Positions 19,079 to 28,348 of a stretch of 32,563 nt of DNA are shown here, piece after piece. The notes under the pieces are model-generated. The model did no database searches. It saw nothing but the letters and a program-made list of their open reading frames with translations, and was not told where the DNA came from. Source of the DNA: Candidatus Deferrimicrobia bacterium. Its GTDB lineage: Bacteria; Desulfobacterota; Deferrimicrobia; J040. The stretch lies in the NCBI GenBank assembly GCA_041563215.1, contig JBFFNJ010000003.1, forward strand, positions 1-32,563, written 5' to 3'. How positions within the stretch are numbered: the stretch's first letter is position 1; each line of letters begins with the position of its first letter. The translations under genes were made by a program, and so were the position numbers.

Positions 19079-19424
19079 TGCCATCCCCCCTTGGTGAGAG
19101 GTTGAGAAAATGACGCCCTTTCTTATCTTTTCAGCAACAGAATCGGCATGTTTCGATAAACTCCCCGTATCTAAATTGTAAAATATTTGACTATCCAGGC
19201 ATAGACATTTATCGTTGCGCGGTCTGCCCGCGGCCTTTAATCGGGGGTCTTTTGGCCGGGGTGTGCTGCCGGGGCTCTCTTTTTTCGGGACGGCGGAGGC
19301 TGAATTTGATACATATAGGGGAGGTTCCCCGTTGCTTCGCCTTTGCCGGTAAACAGCGGGCGGGCAGCGGAAGGCCATGAATTGCCGGTTTCGGCGCCCG
19401 TTTCGAGGGCCGGGCGCAGGTGGG

Positions 19425-20024
19425 ATGATTATGGTCACCATTGCCTTGCAGCTTCTGGGAATTTTTACCTTTCTGACGGGTGTCTCGTCACTCGGGAGGA
19501 AGCTCGGTAAAAACCCCGACAGGGATTCCGCCGAGCGGCTGAGCAGGGTCGGCCACCTCCTGATCTACGCATGCCTGGTGTTTCCCGCCACCCTCGGGAT
19601 CGTCCACCCGGGGCTTGGCGGCTTCGACCGGATAATCGGTATCAGCCCGATACCGTTCCGGAATATCGCGCTCCCGGCGGGATGCATTCTTCTTCTTGCG
19701 GGCCTTACCCTTATGTTTGCCGCCAATCAGAGCCTCAAATACCGCGGGAAGGGGGCCCCGGCATTCAAGCTGACGAAAAAGCTCGTTGTCGGTGGCATCC
19801 ACAGAAGGGTTCGAAACCCCATGTCTCTCGGGTTTTACCTCACCTGCGTCGGGGTAAGCATGGCAGCAGGGTCAACCTATTGCACGCTCGGTTCCCTTCT
19901 CGTGCTCATCCCTTCCCATCTTTTTTATCTCGTATATTTAGAGGAGCGCGAGCTCGAGATACGCTTCGGCCAGACCTACCGGGATTACAAAAGGAGCGTC
20001 CCCTTCATGATCCCGAAACTTTGA
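19425..20024 (+). CDS. Isoprenylcysteine carboxyl methyltransferase / PEMT-family membrane protein
   Basis: Multi-TM; LVVGGIHRRVRNPMSLG and EERELEIRFGQTYRDYKRSVP family motifs. Confidence 0.85.
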   Translation: MIMVTIALQLLGIFTFLTGVSSLGRKLGKNPDRDSAERLSRVGHLLIYACLVFPATLGIVHPGLGGFDRIIGISPIPFRNIALPAGCILLLAGLTLMFAANQSLKYRGKGAPAFKLTKKLVVGGIHRRVRNPMSLGFYLTCVGVSMAAGSTYCTLGSLLVLIPSHLFYLVYLEERELEIRFGQTYRDYKRSVPFMIPKL

Positions 20025-20040
20025 CCCGATTACCAACGCA

Positions 20041-20183
20041 CAGAATAACCGAGAGTCGTCAGTTGAGAGGAGGGAGTAGAAAGTCGTATAATAACCACTC
20101 TCCCCTATCTCCTCTCTCCTTCCTCCTATCAGGATTTGAACTCTAAACTCGAAACTCTGAACTGTTCTTATTCCGAATTACCA
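20041..20183 (+). repeat. Degenerate direct repeat, copy A
   Basis: Shares collinear blocks ACCGAGAG, AGAAAGTCGTA, TCCCCTATCT, TTTGAACTCTAAAC, TCTTATTCCG and ATTACCA with 20945-21102. Confidence 0.75.
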
Positions 20184-20197
20184 TCCATACCGATGCG

Positions 20198-20767
20198 TTA
20201 CTCTGTTGTTTCTTCCTTCCCGGCACAGGTGGGCATCGTCTTTTCCACCTCGAGGTCCACCGAAAATTCCTCCTGGCTTTGAACGAATCGGGCTGTGAGG
20301 GAATATGCCTGCTGCTCGAGGGGTATCGCTTCGTAGCGGTATCCGTTTTCCACCCACCCCAGGACGTAGCGGCGGGAAAACTCGGAGACGCCCAGAAGGC
20401 GGTACTGGACGACGTGGACGATTTCGTGAAAGAGAAGGGAGAGGGGTGGCGGCCCGCTGAGAAACCTGCTGCTCAGGAGCACCGTATCGACGAAGGCGAT
20501 GCCCGTCGCCCTGCGAAAGTCCAGCAGCAGGATCTTTCTGCTCGTGAGAAGGGTGCCGTAGAATGCGGGATTTTCGATGAGGGGCACACGGACGATCCTG
20601 ACGGATTCGAGCGTTTCCGGGAAAAAGAATGGCGCAAGAGAGGCGTGTGTTTCGGGAGGAAGGGGTTTCCCGCGAGGATGATACTGCTCCCGTTGCCGTT
20701 TTACCCAGGCGCTTCCCATACGGATCAGATAATCTGTCATGTTATCGGAAAGTTTCACGGGTACCAT
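20198..20767 (-). CDS. HExxH zincin-like protein (DUF4157 / eCIS-core-like)
   Basis: LAPFF..ETLESVRI, GIAFVDTVLL, LLFHEIVHVVQY and YEAIPLEQQAY motifs. Start moved to ATG 20767 because the upstream extension is repeat DNA. Confidence 0.7.
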   Translation of the reverse strand: MVPVKLSDNMTDYLIRMGSAWVKRQREQYHPRGKPLPPETHASLAPFFFPETLESVRIVRVPLIENPAFYGTLLTSRKILLLDFRRATGIAFVDTVLLSSRFLSGPPPLSLLFHEIVHVVQYRLLGVSEFSRRYVLGWVENGYRYEAIPLEQQAYSLTARFVQSQEEFSVDLEVEKTMPTCAGKEETTE

Positions 20768-20944
20768 TGTCTCTGATTCGCCCTGGAAACTGCAAGCCGC
20801 GCTGAACGGATGAAAATCAAAAGTGACGGGACCGAAGAGAAAAAGTCCCGGGTCCAGTGTCCCGGGAAACCGGTTTCGCGTTAAGAGTTTAGCGTTTCGA
20901 GTTTCGCGCTGGGTTTTCATTCCGAAATCCGCATTCCCGCCAGG

Positions 20945-21102
20945 CAGAGATACCGAGAGCAGACTGTCGGTAGGAGGAAGGAGAAAGTCGTAAACACAGC
21001 GACTATCCCCTATCTACATGCTCCTGTCCTATTCCCAGATTTTGAACTCTAAACGTTGAACTCTAAACTGTCTTATTCCGCACTCCGAAATCCGCATTAC
21101 CA
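20945..21102 (+). repeat. Degenerate direct repeat, copy B
   Basis: Collinear with 20041-20183; contains an internal duplication of TTGAACTCTAAAC and ATTCCGC/ACTCCGA/AATCCGC heptamers. Confidence 0.75.
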
Positions 21103-21162
21103 ACACGCAGAAAAACCGAGATCAGACAATCGAAAGGCAACAGTTGTCCCTCCTCCTTTCCC

Positions 21163-24100
21163 CTACGGCCTCACCGGCCCGACGGGAATCTGTTCCACCA
21201 CCGCAGGCGCCCTGCCGGATAGAACATCCGTCACCAGACCGTAAAATTCCTGCTCTCTGCCGGGTTCGGGGGTCGAAAGCAGGCTGATGTTGACTCTCTT
21301 CGCCGGATAGAGGAAATGCTGCTCGGCAAGAGCGGTGCGGACCATCTGCCTGACTGCGGCCCTGACCAGGTGCCCCTCCTCGCTGGAGGGAGGCGGGACG
21401 ACGACGATCAAATGGCCCTCCTCCTCGACCGCCCGCAGGGACTCACCGAACAGGGACAGTACCGTGCTCAGGTGGCCGAGGAATTTTTCCATGTCCTCGA
21501 GGGGAAATTCGAGGATCGGACCTTCCGGAGACGACCTGCCGGTCAAGAGGATGAAACCGCCGATCCGGGGTCCTCCCAGGAGGGTGTTGTCGAGCCAGGG
21601 CTCGATGACCCTGGGATCTGAGAGGTCTATCTCGCGGGTGAGCGTGTCGAAGGACTGCCCTTCCCGGGCCTTTCCCGCTGTGTCTTTCGGCCTGAGGATG
21701 GTTACCTGACCCGGGGATTTTTGCGATTGCACGATCTGGGTGACGTGACCGCCCTTTCCTGCTATGGCCTCTCCTATCGGGGAAATGGCGGAGCCGTCGA
21801 CACCCGCCGAACCCGCGGCCAGGACGAGGAAGGACCTTCCCGCTATGGGCCTCTCTGCTCCCTTCTGCTCCGGCGGGAAGGAGAGAAAATGCGGCAGAGA
21901 AGAGACGCTGATAAAGCGGTCCTCCATGAACTTCGCGTTTTTGGCCCCGAACAGAACGGCGTCGGCAACCTGCCCGTTCGTGGGGGGGTGGTCCGGAACG
22001 GTGGACCGGAACCACTCCTGTATCCTTCCGTACCAGGATTCCATCTCTCCACGGGTCGATCTGGGGAGCTTGCTCTGCCTCACGGCGGTGAGGTAGGAAG
22101 CGGCTGCTTTTTCCCTGTTTTCTGGCTTCTCGGTCCGGTCGAAGGAGAGGATGAACTGCTCCCTGAGCTTCGATCCGTCAGAGGGTTTGAGTCCCGGAAT
22201 AAACTCGAACTGGGCGGCAAAGGTTTTCGCGTAGTTGCTCATCACCCAGTCCATCCGGGGGCCCGCGATGAGGCTCGGGGCGACGTCGGCTATGAAGATC
22301 CCTTCGCCTGCCAGGGAGTCTTTGAGTGCCAGGGTGAGGGCTTTGATGGCGATCTTCGAAACCGTGTAGATGGTCCTAAAGAGGTAGGGATGGTCGGAAT
22401 AATGGGTCGACACGTTGACGATGGCGCCGCCGCCCTCCTGATTTTTCATGATGGGGCAAAGCAGCGATGTGGCATACCAGGGGCCGAGGAAGTTGCTTCT
22501 AAGGACCAGATCCCAGTTCTCCCGGTGATCACGCATGACGTTGGTAATGAGAGAAAAGCTCCCCCCTGCTCCGGCATTGTTGACGAAAGAATCTATGCGG
22601 GTGAAACGCCTGATGGTTTCATCGATGAGAGCGCGAACCTGATCCGGAGAAGATATGTCGGTGTCGATCCAGGCCGTTCTTCCCCCCGTGGAGCGCATTG
22701 CTGCAAGGACCCCTTCTCCCGCCTTGAGCGCTTCTCTCGCGCTGGCTGCCTCCTCGCCGGTGAGCCCCGTGGTTCCGGGATGGCGGCTCGCAGCGACGAC
22801 GGAGGCCCTCTCCGCTGCGAAGCGAAGGGAAATTTCCCTGCCCAGGTTGCGGATTCCTCCCGTCACCACCGCCACCCTGCCCGCCATGGTCCCGACTTTT
22901 TCATCGGGCTCCCCGGGGAGCCCCGCGATGCTGTTTTGCTCGTCAGGGAGAATGACCGCCCCGGAGACGCGCTTTCCCTCCTCTGCGAGCCACAGGATCG
23001 AAGCTGCTGTTTTCCGGGGATCGGCCTGTTTGTTCCGTCCGTCTGTCCTCCCGGGAAGGATCAGGCCGATGTTGACGGCGCTCACGGTGACGGGCGACGT
23101 CTTTTCCGCGTGGGCCTTGCGCATGAGGGCGCGCTCCATCGATTCCGTGGCTACCGCGGGCCTGAGCATTGCCTGGAACACCTGAACCAGGTCGCGCTCT
23201 TTTATCGAGGGAACGCCGGAGAGGTCCGGCCCGACCAGGATGATCGTACCGTCTGTCCCGTCCCTGTCCATCCTCTTTTCCGCCTGCCAGGACAGAAGGC
23301 GGGGAACGAAACCGAACTGCTCCACTGCATCTGTCCACTCTCCGTAGGGAATGTTCGCGAGCGACCGCTTCCAGTCCACGCTTCCGGAGAAGTGGAGGAG
23401 CAGGTCTATCCGCGGAAGATTGTCGAACAGTTCCTGCACCTCGGCCAGGTTGCCGATGTTCGTGGGGCATGCGGTGGCCGTGCCGTCGAAACCGGAACTG
23501 TTTACCTTCCGGGCGAGGCTTTCCAGATCCTCCGCCATGCTTCCAGCAAGGTATATGTCAGCCCCCGAGCGGGCCAGTGCGAGAACCGATTCCTCGAAGA
23601 GGGACCTGTCGTTTCCGAATAGGCGGTGGAGGCTGACCAGGGCAACTTTTCCGATCATGTTCGGGTATTGCCTGAGGGCTGCCGGAGAGGGGACGACGCC
23701 GGGAGGCTGCTCGTAGGTAACTCCTCCCATGGGGATCCGCTGGCCGCCGACGGTCCTTCGAAACTCCGGGCGGTGCATGTCCAGGGCGACGCGGGCGAAA
23801 TCCCGGGGGAGCACGAAAGAGTGAGTCACGGTCCGGTCGAGGGTGTCCTTCCGCAGTGCTTCAGCATCGACGTGTCTCCCGATCCTTGCGCGGGCAAGAG
23901 AGCCCTTGTCGAATACCCCTGAGCCGATCTGTATGCGCTCGGTGTGGACCGCAGAGGGGTTTAAGGAGAGGACGGTGATATTTTTGTCGGCCAGGAGCCA
24001 CGCGAGGTAATCGCCGAGGGCAAGCTTCGCCGACTGTGCCGATGTATAGGGCAGCCTGCCGGGGTAGGCGTGCAGGACGTGGCGGTGGATGCTCTCGCTG

Positions 24101-26208
24101 TAGAAGGTGCCGATCATGACGATCAGACCTCCTTCCTTCTGTTTCTCCATCCTTTTTGCCGCCTCGAGGCTTGCAAGCCAGGCGCCGGTTAGGTGAATGT
24201 TCACCGCCTCGCGGTACTGGTCGAAGTGCTCCTCCTGGTAAACAGAGCCGAACTCGACGGGGCCGGAGACACCGGCGTTGTTGTAGAGGATGTCGATCCT
24301 GCCGAACTCGCGGCTGATTTTGTCGAACATCTCGCCCACGTACTTCGAGTCGCTCACGTCCCCCTGGACGGTGAGGGTCCTGTTCGTGAGGCCCAGGTGG
24401 CCGATGAGGTCCTCCATGTCGGCCCGGGTCTCCTCCAGGGGTTCGGGGCGCCTTCCCGTGATCACCACGTTTGCGCCGTGGGTAGCCGCCTCGAGGGCAA
24501 GGGATCTGCCCATGCCTGTCCCGCCCCCGGTGATGACGACCACCTTGCCGGCCAGGGAGGTGTCGGGGTAGCGGACGTAGTTGAAGGAGTGAGTCTTCGA
24601 TATGGTGTCGCGGAGCAGGTGAGTGGCCCGTGCGACGTTGCTCTCCTCACCCAGGGAGATGAAGAGCTGGTAGAGGCGGTCGACACTTCCCCTGGCGGCG
24701 TAAAAGGCGGCAATCTCGTCGTGGACCTCCCCGGGCAGCTCGCTGAAGAACCGGTACGCCTCGAGGGCTCCCTTGACGGCCAGCGTGAACTGCTGTTCCA
24801 GCTTCAGCTTTTCATCGGGGAAAGCGCCGTCGCGCACGAAGCGGCAGGCCATGATTGCCGGGATGCCCTTCGGGGCCTTGCCCGAAGCTTTCCCCGCCAT
24901 GAGAGCCTCCACGAAGGAGCGTTCGAACACCCAGTGGGCCCGGTCGTGGCCGTCGATGAACCTCGCCGAAGGTCGCTCCAGCTCAGGGAGCACGTGTATG
25001 ATCCTTGGCTTCCCCGTCACGCCGAGGGGATCGATGCTGTCTTCCCCCCTTTTCTTCGTCCTGCCCCTGCTGCTCTTTATCATCCCCACCGACTCCCTGA
25101 GGAGTTCGGCAAATTCCCTCGCTTTCTTTTCCGCCCACGGCTCGGAGACGATGTTCCCTTTTTCCAGCCGGAGCCCCTCGTATGCGGGGTCGGCGCTCAG
25201 GGCGAAGCAGCGTATCGCCACCTCGAGCAGCCCTGACACCTCTTTCCGGGACAGGCCTTTTACGGAGGGGTCCTGTTTCAGCCTCCGCAGAATCGTCAGT
25301 GCCTGCTCCGGGTTTCCCTCGCCCAGTATCTTTCGTGCCTCGTCCACCTCTTCGCTGGAAATTACCTCCCGCGTCTCGCCGAGGAGGGTTTCCATGAGCT
25401 TCCGGTAGTTGATGCCCAGGGCACGGGCACGGTAGACCACCACGTTTCTCTTTTCCACGTCGTCGCCGAACCGCGCGTTGAGCTCCTCCAGCCGAAACTC
25501 GTCGGGTTCGTACTCGGTTCCCAGGATCCGGTCGAAGTAGGCGAAGTCACGGTCTCTTGCCGCCTCTTCGGCGATGAAGCGGTTCAGGTCGCTCACGTCG
25601 TCCCCTCCCGGGCTCGGCTCTTTGTCGTTGTATGCCGACTCGCAGAGGACGGCGAGTATGTGGGGCAGGTCGAGGACCCATTCGAGAACGGGGTGGAGGA
25701 CTGCCTGGAGGAGCAGGCCGGGGCTGTTCTTCGCCCGCGCAAAAAAGGCAGAGGTGATGTAGATCGTCGGGACGCCCCCGCCGGGAACGAGGTTTTTTCT
25801 TCCCGACCAGAGAAGGTCCCCCTTTTTCTCCACGAGCATGACCTCGCAGCTCGGGCGCGCGTTCTCCCGGGGGAAGCCTGTCATCTCTCCCAGGTCCACG
25901 ATACGCACGCGGATCTCCTTTTTCCTGAGGACCCGGGCAACCTGATTTTCTATGGCTTCTGCGGCAGCAGGGTCCACCGTCTGCAAAATCGAGGGGACGG
26001 GCCGTTTTTTGAGGAGAGCGAGAATACCTTTCAGGGATGACCCCGGGAGATTCGACACCTTCTTCTCGGCCTTCTTCCCCATGATGAGGGATGCTGTCTG
26101 GCGGATTTCCTGGTCCGTAAACGGCCGGTCCCCCGGCGCCTTTTTGGTGATGGGAGGCCGGTTACGACGCCTGCTCCTGGCGTTTTTTGAAGCGCAAACT
26201 CTATTCAT
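21163..26208 (-). CDS. Giant multidomain SDR oxidoreductase, malonyl-CoA reductase-like, with unknown N-terminal region
   Basis: AAGGAG RBS 7 nt before ATG. SDR-A has TGGGTGMG, NNAG and YPGRLPY, followed by a degenerate Rossmann domain. SDR-B has TGGIRNLG, NNAG, NVST and YLFRTIYTVSK, followed by a second degenerate domain. Confidence 0.85.
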   Translation of the reverse strand: MNRVCASKNARSRRRNRPPITKKAPGDRPFTDQEIRQTASLIMGKKAEKKVSNLPGSSLKGILALLKKRPVPSILQTVDPAAAEAIENQVARVLRKKEIRVRIVDLGEMTGFPRENARPSCEVMLVEKKGDLLWSGRKNLVPGGGVPTIYITSAFFARAKNSPGLLLQAVLHPVLEWVLDLPHILAVLCESAYNDKEPSPGGDDVSDLNRFIAEEAARDRDFAYFDRILGTEYEPDEFRLEELNARFGDDVEKRNVVVYRARALGINYRKLMETLLGETREVISSEEVDEARKILGEGNPEQALTILRRLKQDPSVKGLSRKEVSGLLEVAIRCFALSADPAYEGLRLEKGNIVSEPWAEKKAREFAELLRESVGMIKSSRGRTKKRGEDSIDPLGVTGKPRIIHVLPELERPSARFIDGHDRAHWVFERSFVEALMAGKASGKAPKGIPAIMACRFVRDGAFPDEKLKLEQQFTLAVKGALEAYRFFSELPGEVHDEIAAFYAARGSVDRLYQLFISLGEESNVARATHLLRDTISKTHSFNYVRYPDTSLAGKVVVITGGGTGMGRSLALEAATHGANVVITGRRPEPLEETRADMEDLIGHLGLTNRTLTVQGDVSDSKYVGEMFDKISREFGRIDILYNNAGVSGPVEFGSVYQEEHFDQYREAVNIHLTGAWLASLEAAKRMEKQKEGGLIVMIGTFYSESIHRHVLHAYPGRLPYTSAQSAKLALGDYLAWLLADKNITVLSLNPSAVHTERIQIGSGVFDKGSLARARIGRHVDAEALRKDTLDRTVTHSFVLPRDFARVALDMHRPEFRRTVGGQRIPMGGVTYEQPPGVVPSPAALRQYPNMIGKVALVSLHRLFGNDRSLFEESVLALARSGADIYLAGSMAEDLESLARKVNSSGFDGTATACPTNIGNLAEVQELFDNLPRIDLLLHFSGSVDWKRSLANIPYGEWTDAVEQFGFVPRLLSWQAEKRMDRDGTDGTIILVGPDLSGVPSIKERDLVQVFQAMLRPAVATESMERALMRKAHAEKTSPVTVSAVNIGLILPGRTDGRNKQADPRKTAASILWLAEEGKRVSGAVILPDEQNSIAGLPGEPDEKVGTMAGRVAVVTGGIRNLGREISLRFAAERASVVAASRHPGTTGLTGEEAASAREALKAGEGVLAAMRSTGGRTAWIDTDISSPDQVRALIDETIRRFTRIDSFVNNAGAGGSFSLITNVMRDHRENWDLVLRSNFLGPWYATSLLCPIMKNQEGGGAIVNVSTHYSDHPYLFRTIYTVSKIAIKALTLALKDSLAGEGIFIADVAPSLIAGPRMDWVMSNYAKTFAAQFEFIPGLKPSDGSKLREQFILSFDRTEKPENREKAAASYLTAVRQSKLPRSTRGEMESWYGRIQEWFRSTVPDHPPTNGQVADAVLFGAKNAKFMEDRFISVSSLPHFLSFPPEQKGAERPIAGRSFLVLAAGSAGVDGSAISPIGEAIAGKGGHVTQIVQSQKSPGQVTILRPKDTAGKAREGQSFDTLTREIDLSDPRVIEPWLDNTLLGGPRIGGFILLTGRSSPEGPILEFPLEDMEKFLGHLSTVLSLFGESLRAVEEEGHLIVVVPPPSSEEGHLVRAAVRQMVRTALAEQHFLYPAKRVNISLLSTPEPGREQEFYGLVTDVLSGRAPAVVEQIPVGPVRP

Positions 26209-26549
26209 GGGTATTCTCCTTTGACAGGTTACTGCGGCTTTGCCGCATCCGGTTTCCTCTGGATAGGGCCCCCTATTCCTGGTACAATGTTCCCAAGTCT
26301 TCTCTCCTGAAAGCGGGCAGATAACTCATAACTTTAGATTTTACTAAAAAATGAAAGATTCAGTCCGGGAAGAGAATCGGGTATCTTTGTCGCCCCTTTT
26401 TCGGTGGTCACTTCGTGCCCCTTTACCGCCGGCTTCCCCGGCCGGGGACGCACCCATTTTTGTCAGGATAGGAAATGCTGCGGGGAAGGTGGCTCGTACG
26501 GCGTGCATATGTTTATTGGATTCCTGAAACGGGCGGGGTATTGAAACCC

Positions 26550-27296
26550 ATGAGACTCATTGTCCTTGGCAGCGGCACCTGTGTTCCCTCGGTGGAGAGA
26601 AACGCACCGGGGTACCTCCTCGAAATAGGCGGGAAAAGTCTCCTCGTCGACTGCGGAAGCGGCACCCTGCGGCAGATAGAGCGCTCGGGGAGGAGCTACA
26701 AAGACATAGACTGCGTGTTCATCTCCCACACCCACCCTGACCACGTTGCCGATCTTTTGCCATTCCTCCATGCACTCGTCTCAACGCCGCAATTTACAAG
26801 GAAAAAGGAGCTTTTGATCGTGGGGCCGAAAGGGATGGAATACTACTACAACCACTGCGTCAGCCCCGTTGTGCGCGATCCGGACGAGTTCCGGTTGACG
26901 GTTCGGGAAATCGAGGGACCCATCGACTTTGATGGTTTCCGCGCGGACAGTGCAAAAACGGTTCACTCCTTCAACAGCGTCGCCTACCGGTTCACGTGCG
27001 GGGACAAATCTGTCGTCATCACTGGGGACTGTGACCTCGATGAGGGTATCGTCACCCTCTGCCGGGGGGTGGACCTGCTCGTTATCGACTGTTCCTTTCC
27101 CGATGCCCTGAAAGTACCCGGCCATCTCACGCCGAGAGAGTGCGGCACGGTGGCCCAGCAGGCGGGGGTGAAGAGAGTCATCCTCTCGCACATCTACCCG
27201 ACGGGATATCCCGACGACGTGAGGGTTCTGGAGTGCAGGGCCGTCTATGGGGGAGAGGTGGAGCTGGCCTTCGACCTGATGGAGGTCGACGTCTGA
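26550..27296 (+). CDS. MBL-fold metallo-hydrolase (RNase Z-like)
   Basis: MRLIVLGSG, LVDCGSG, SHTHPDHVAD, ITGDC, GHLTP and LSHIYP motifs. Confidence 0.88.
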   Translation: MRLIVLGSGTCVPSVERNAPGYLLEIGGKSLLVDCGSGTLRQIERSGRSYKDIDCVFISHTHPDHVADLLPFLHALVSTPQFTRKKELLIVGPKGMEYYYNHCVSPVVRDPDEFRLTVREIEGPIDFDGFRADSAKTVHSFNSVAYRFTCGDKSVVITGDCDLDEGIVTLCRGVDLLVIDCSFPDALKVPGHLTPRECGTVAQQAGVKRVILSHIYPTGYPDDVRVLECRAVYGGEVELAFDLMEVDV

Positions 27297-28129
27297 TGGG
27301 GGTGACGCCGGAGTTTCTCGTAATTCCGGCGGCCGGGCGCGGCCTGCGGATGAAAGACCTTCGTCCGGGATTGCCGAAGGAGATGCTTCCCGTAGGACAG
27401 AAGCCGGCCATTCAGCACGCGGTCCTCGAAGGCTTTTCAGCAGGCATAGAGCAGATCGTCATTGTCATCAACCGCCGGAAGGAGATCATCAGGAGGTATT
27501 TCGAGGAGAGAAGGTTCAGGGAATCGGCCTACCCTCTCGCTGCAGGCGAGATGGATGAGGTTTTGAGAGCCTGTTCCATTCGCTTTTCCTATCAGGAGAC
27601 CCCGACGGGTGAGTGGGATGCCATCTCGCTTTCCAGGGAATTTGTGGGAAACAGCTCCCTGGCAATTCTCTTTCCCGACAACGTGTATTTCCCCCCGGGG
27701 GGCGCGTTGCGGCTTCTCAGAGAGATATTTGAACAATACGGGATAGACGTTACCGCCCTCGTTTTTGTCCGCGAAGCGTGGGTGAAGGGGCTCGGCAATT
27801 CGGGGAGGGTGGACATACTTCCCCTGGCCGGGGGCGTTTTCCGCATTGAACGCTTTTACCCCAAGGCCGGAGGCACCTTCATCCCCCGCCACCCCGGGGA
27901 GCTTCGCAGCTGCGGAATCTCGATCTACGGGCCCCACCTGTTCGATTATATCGAGCGTGCCCGGGGATCGTTGAAGGAGGGTGAGGAATTCACGGATGTG
28001 TCCGTCCGCAGCCTCATTTTGCAGGAGAGGGAGGTGCTCGGCTGCCGCCTGCCCGGGACCCTGTTCGACATAGGTAATCCCGCCGGCTACCGTCACTGTC
28101 TTTCCTATACCGGGGAAGATCGATCGTAA
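27296..28129 (+). CDS. Sugar-phosphate nucleotidyltransferase (GalU/RmlA-like)
   Basis: VIPAAGRGLRM..LPKEMLPVGQKPAIQH, YQETPTG, FPDN and FDIGNPAGY motifs. TGATG overlap with the upstream gene. Confidence 0.85.
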   Translation: MGVTPEFLVIPAAGRGLRMKDLRPGLPKEMLPVGQKPAIQHAVLEGFSAGIEQIVIVINRRKEIIRRYFEERRFRESAYPLAAGEMDEVLRACSIRFSYQETPTGEWDAISLSREFVGNSSLAILFPDNVYFPPGGALRLLREIFEQYGIDVTALVFVREAWVKGLGNSGRVDILPLAGGVFRIERFYPKAGGTFIPRHPGELRSCGISIYGPHLFDYIERARGSLKEGEEFTDVSVRSLILQEREVLGCRLPGTLFDIGNPAGYRHCLSYTGEDRS

Positions 28130-28205
28130 CGTCATCTCCTTATCGTTTCGACACCCTGACAGGGGGAGAGAGATCTTAGCGTCGACGGCCGGCGTGAGGG
28201 GCGGG

Positions 28206-28235
28206 TTGACAGCAGCACGTATCCGGCGTTATAAG
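28206..28235 (+). promoter_or_regulatory. Putative sigma-70 promoter of the PPIase gene
   Basis: TTGACA-N18-TATAAG, about 115 bp upstream of ATG 28349. Confidence 0.55.
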
Positions 28236-28348
28236 GGAATGAGGCCGATGGTGTTTGGCTGAGGATACCAGGTCGATAACTGCCCCGTCCCGGGTTATCC
28301 ATCCTATTTTCTGTCGGACGTCATCAAAACAGAGTCAGGAGGAAAGAT

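Noticed and set aside
19079-19441. Upstream extension of the cytidylate-kinase-like ORF
   Set aside because: Non-family sequence spanning an AT-rich divergent promoter region and overlapping the next gene.
20041-21121. CRISPR array or IS ends
   Set aside because: The repeats are long and degenerate, with no regular unique spacers, and no cas or transposase gene is present.
21721-23622. Long antisense ORFs (633 aa here; also 1427..2620, 2763..3602, 24193..25236 and 13701..14498)
   Set aside because: Shadow frames of well-supported GC-rich genes, with no recognisable motifs.
21163-26208. Evidence for 3-hydroxypropionate bicycle autotrophy
   Set aside because: Only one divergent MCR-like gene is present; no carboxylase, propionyl-CoA synthase or other pathway genes in the window.
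28130-28300. Possible ncRNA, REP element or riboswitch upstream of the PPIase gene
   Set aside because: Only short hairpins (e.g. GATAAC...GTTATC), single copy in the window, and no family consensus I can recognise.
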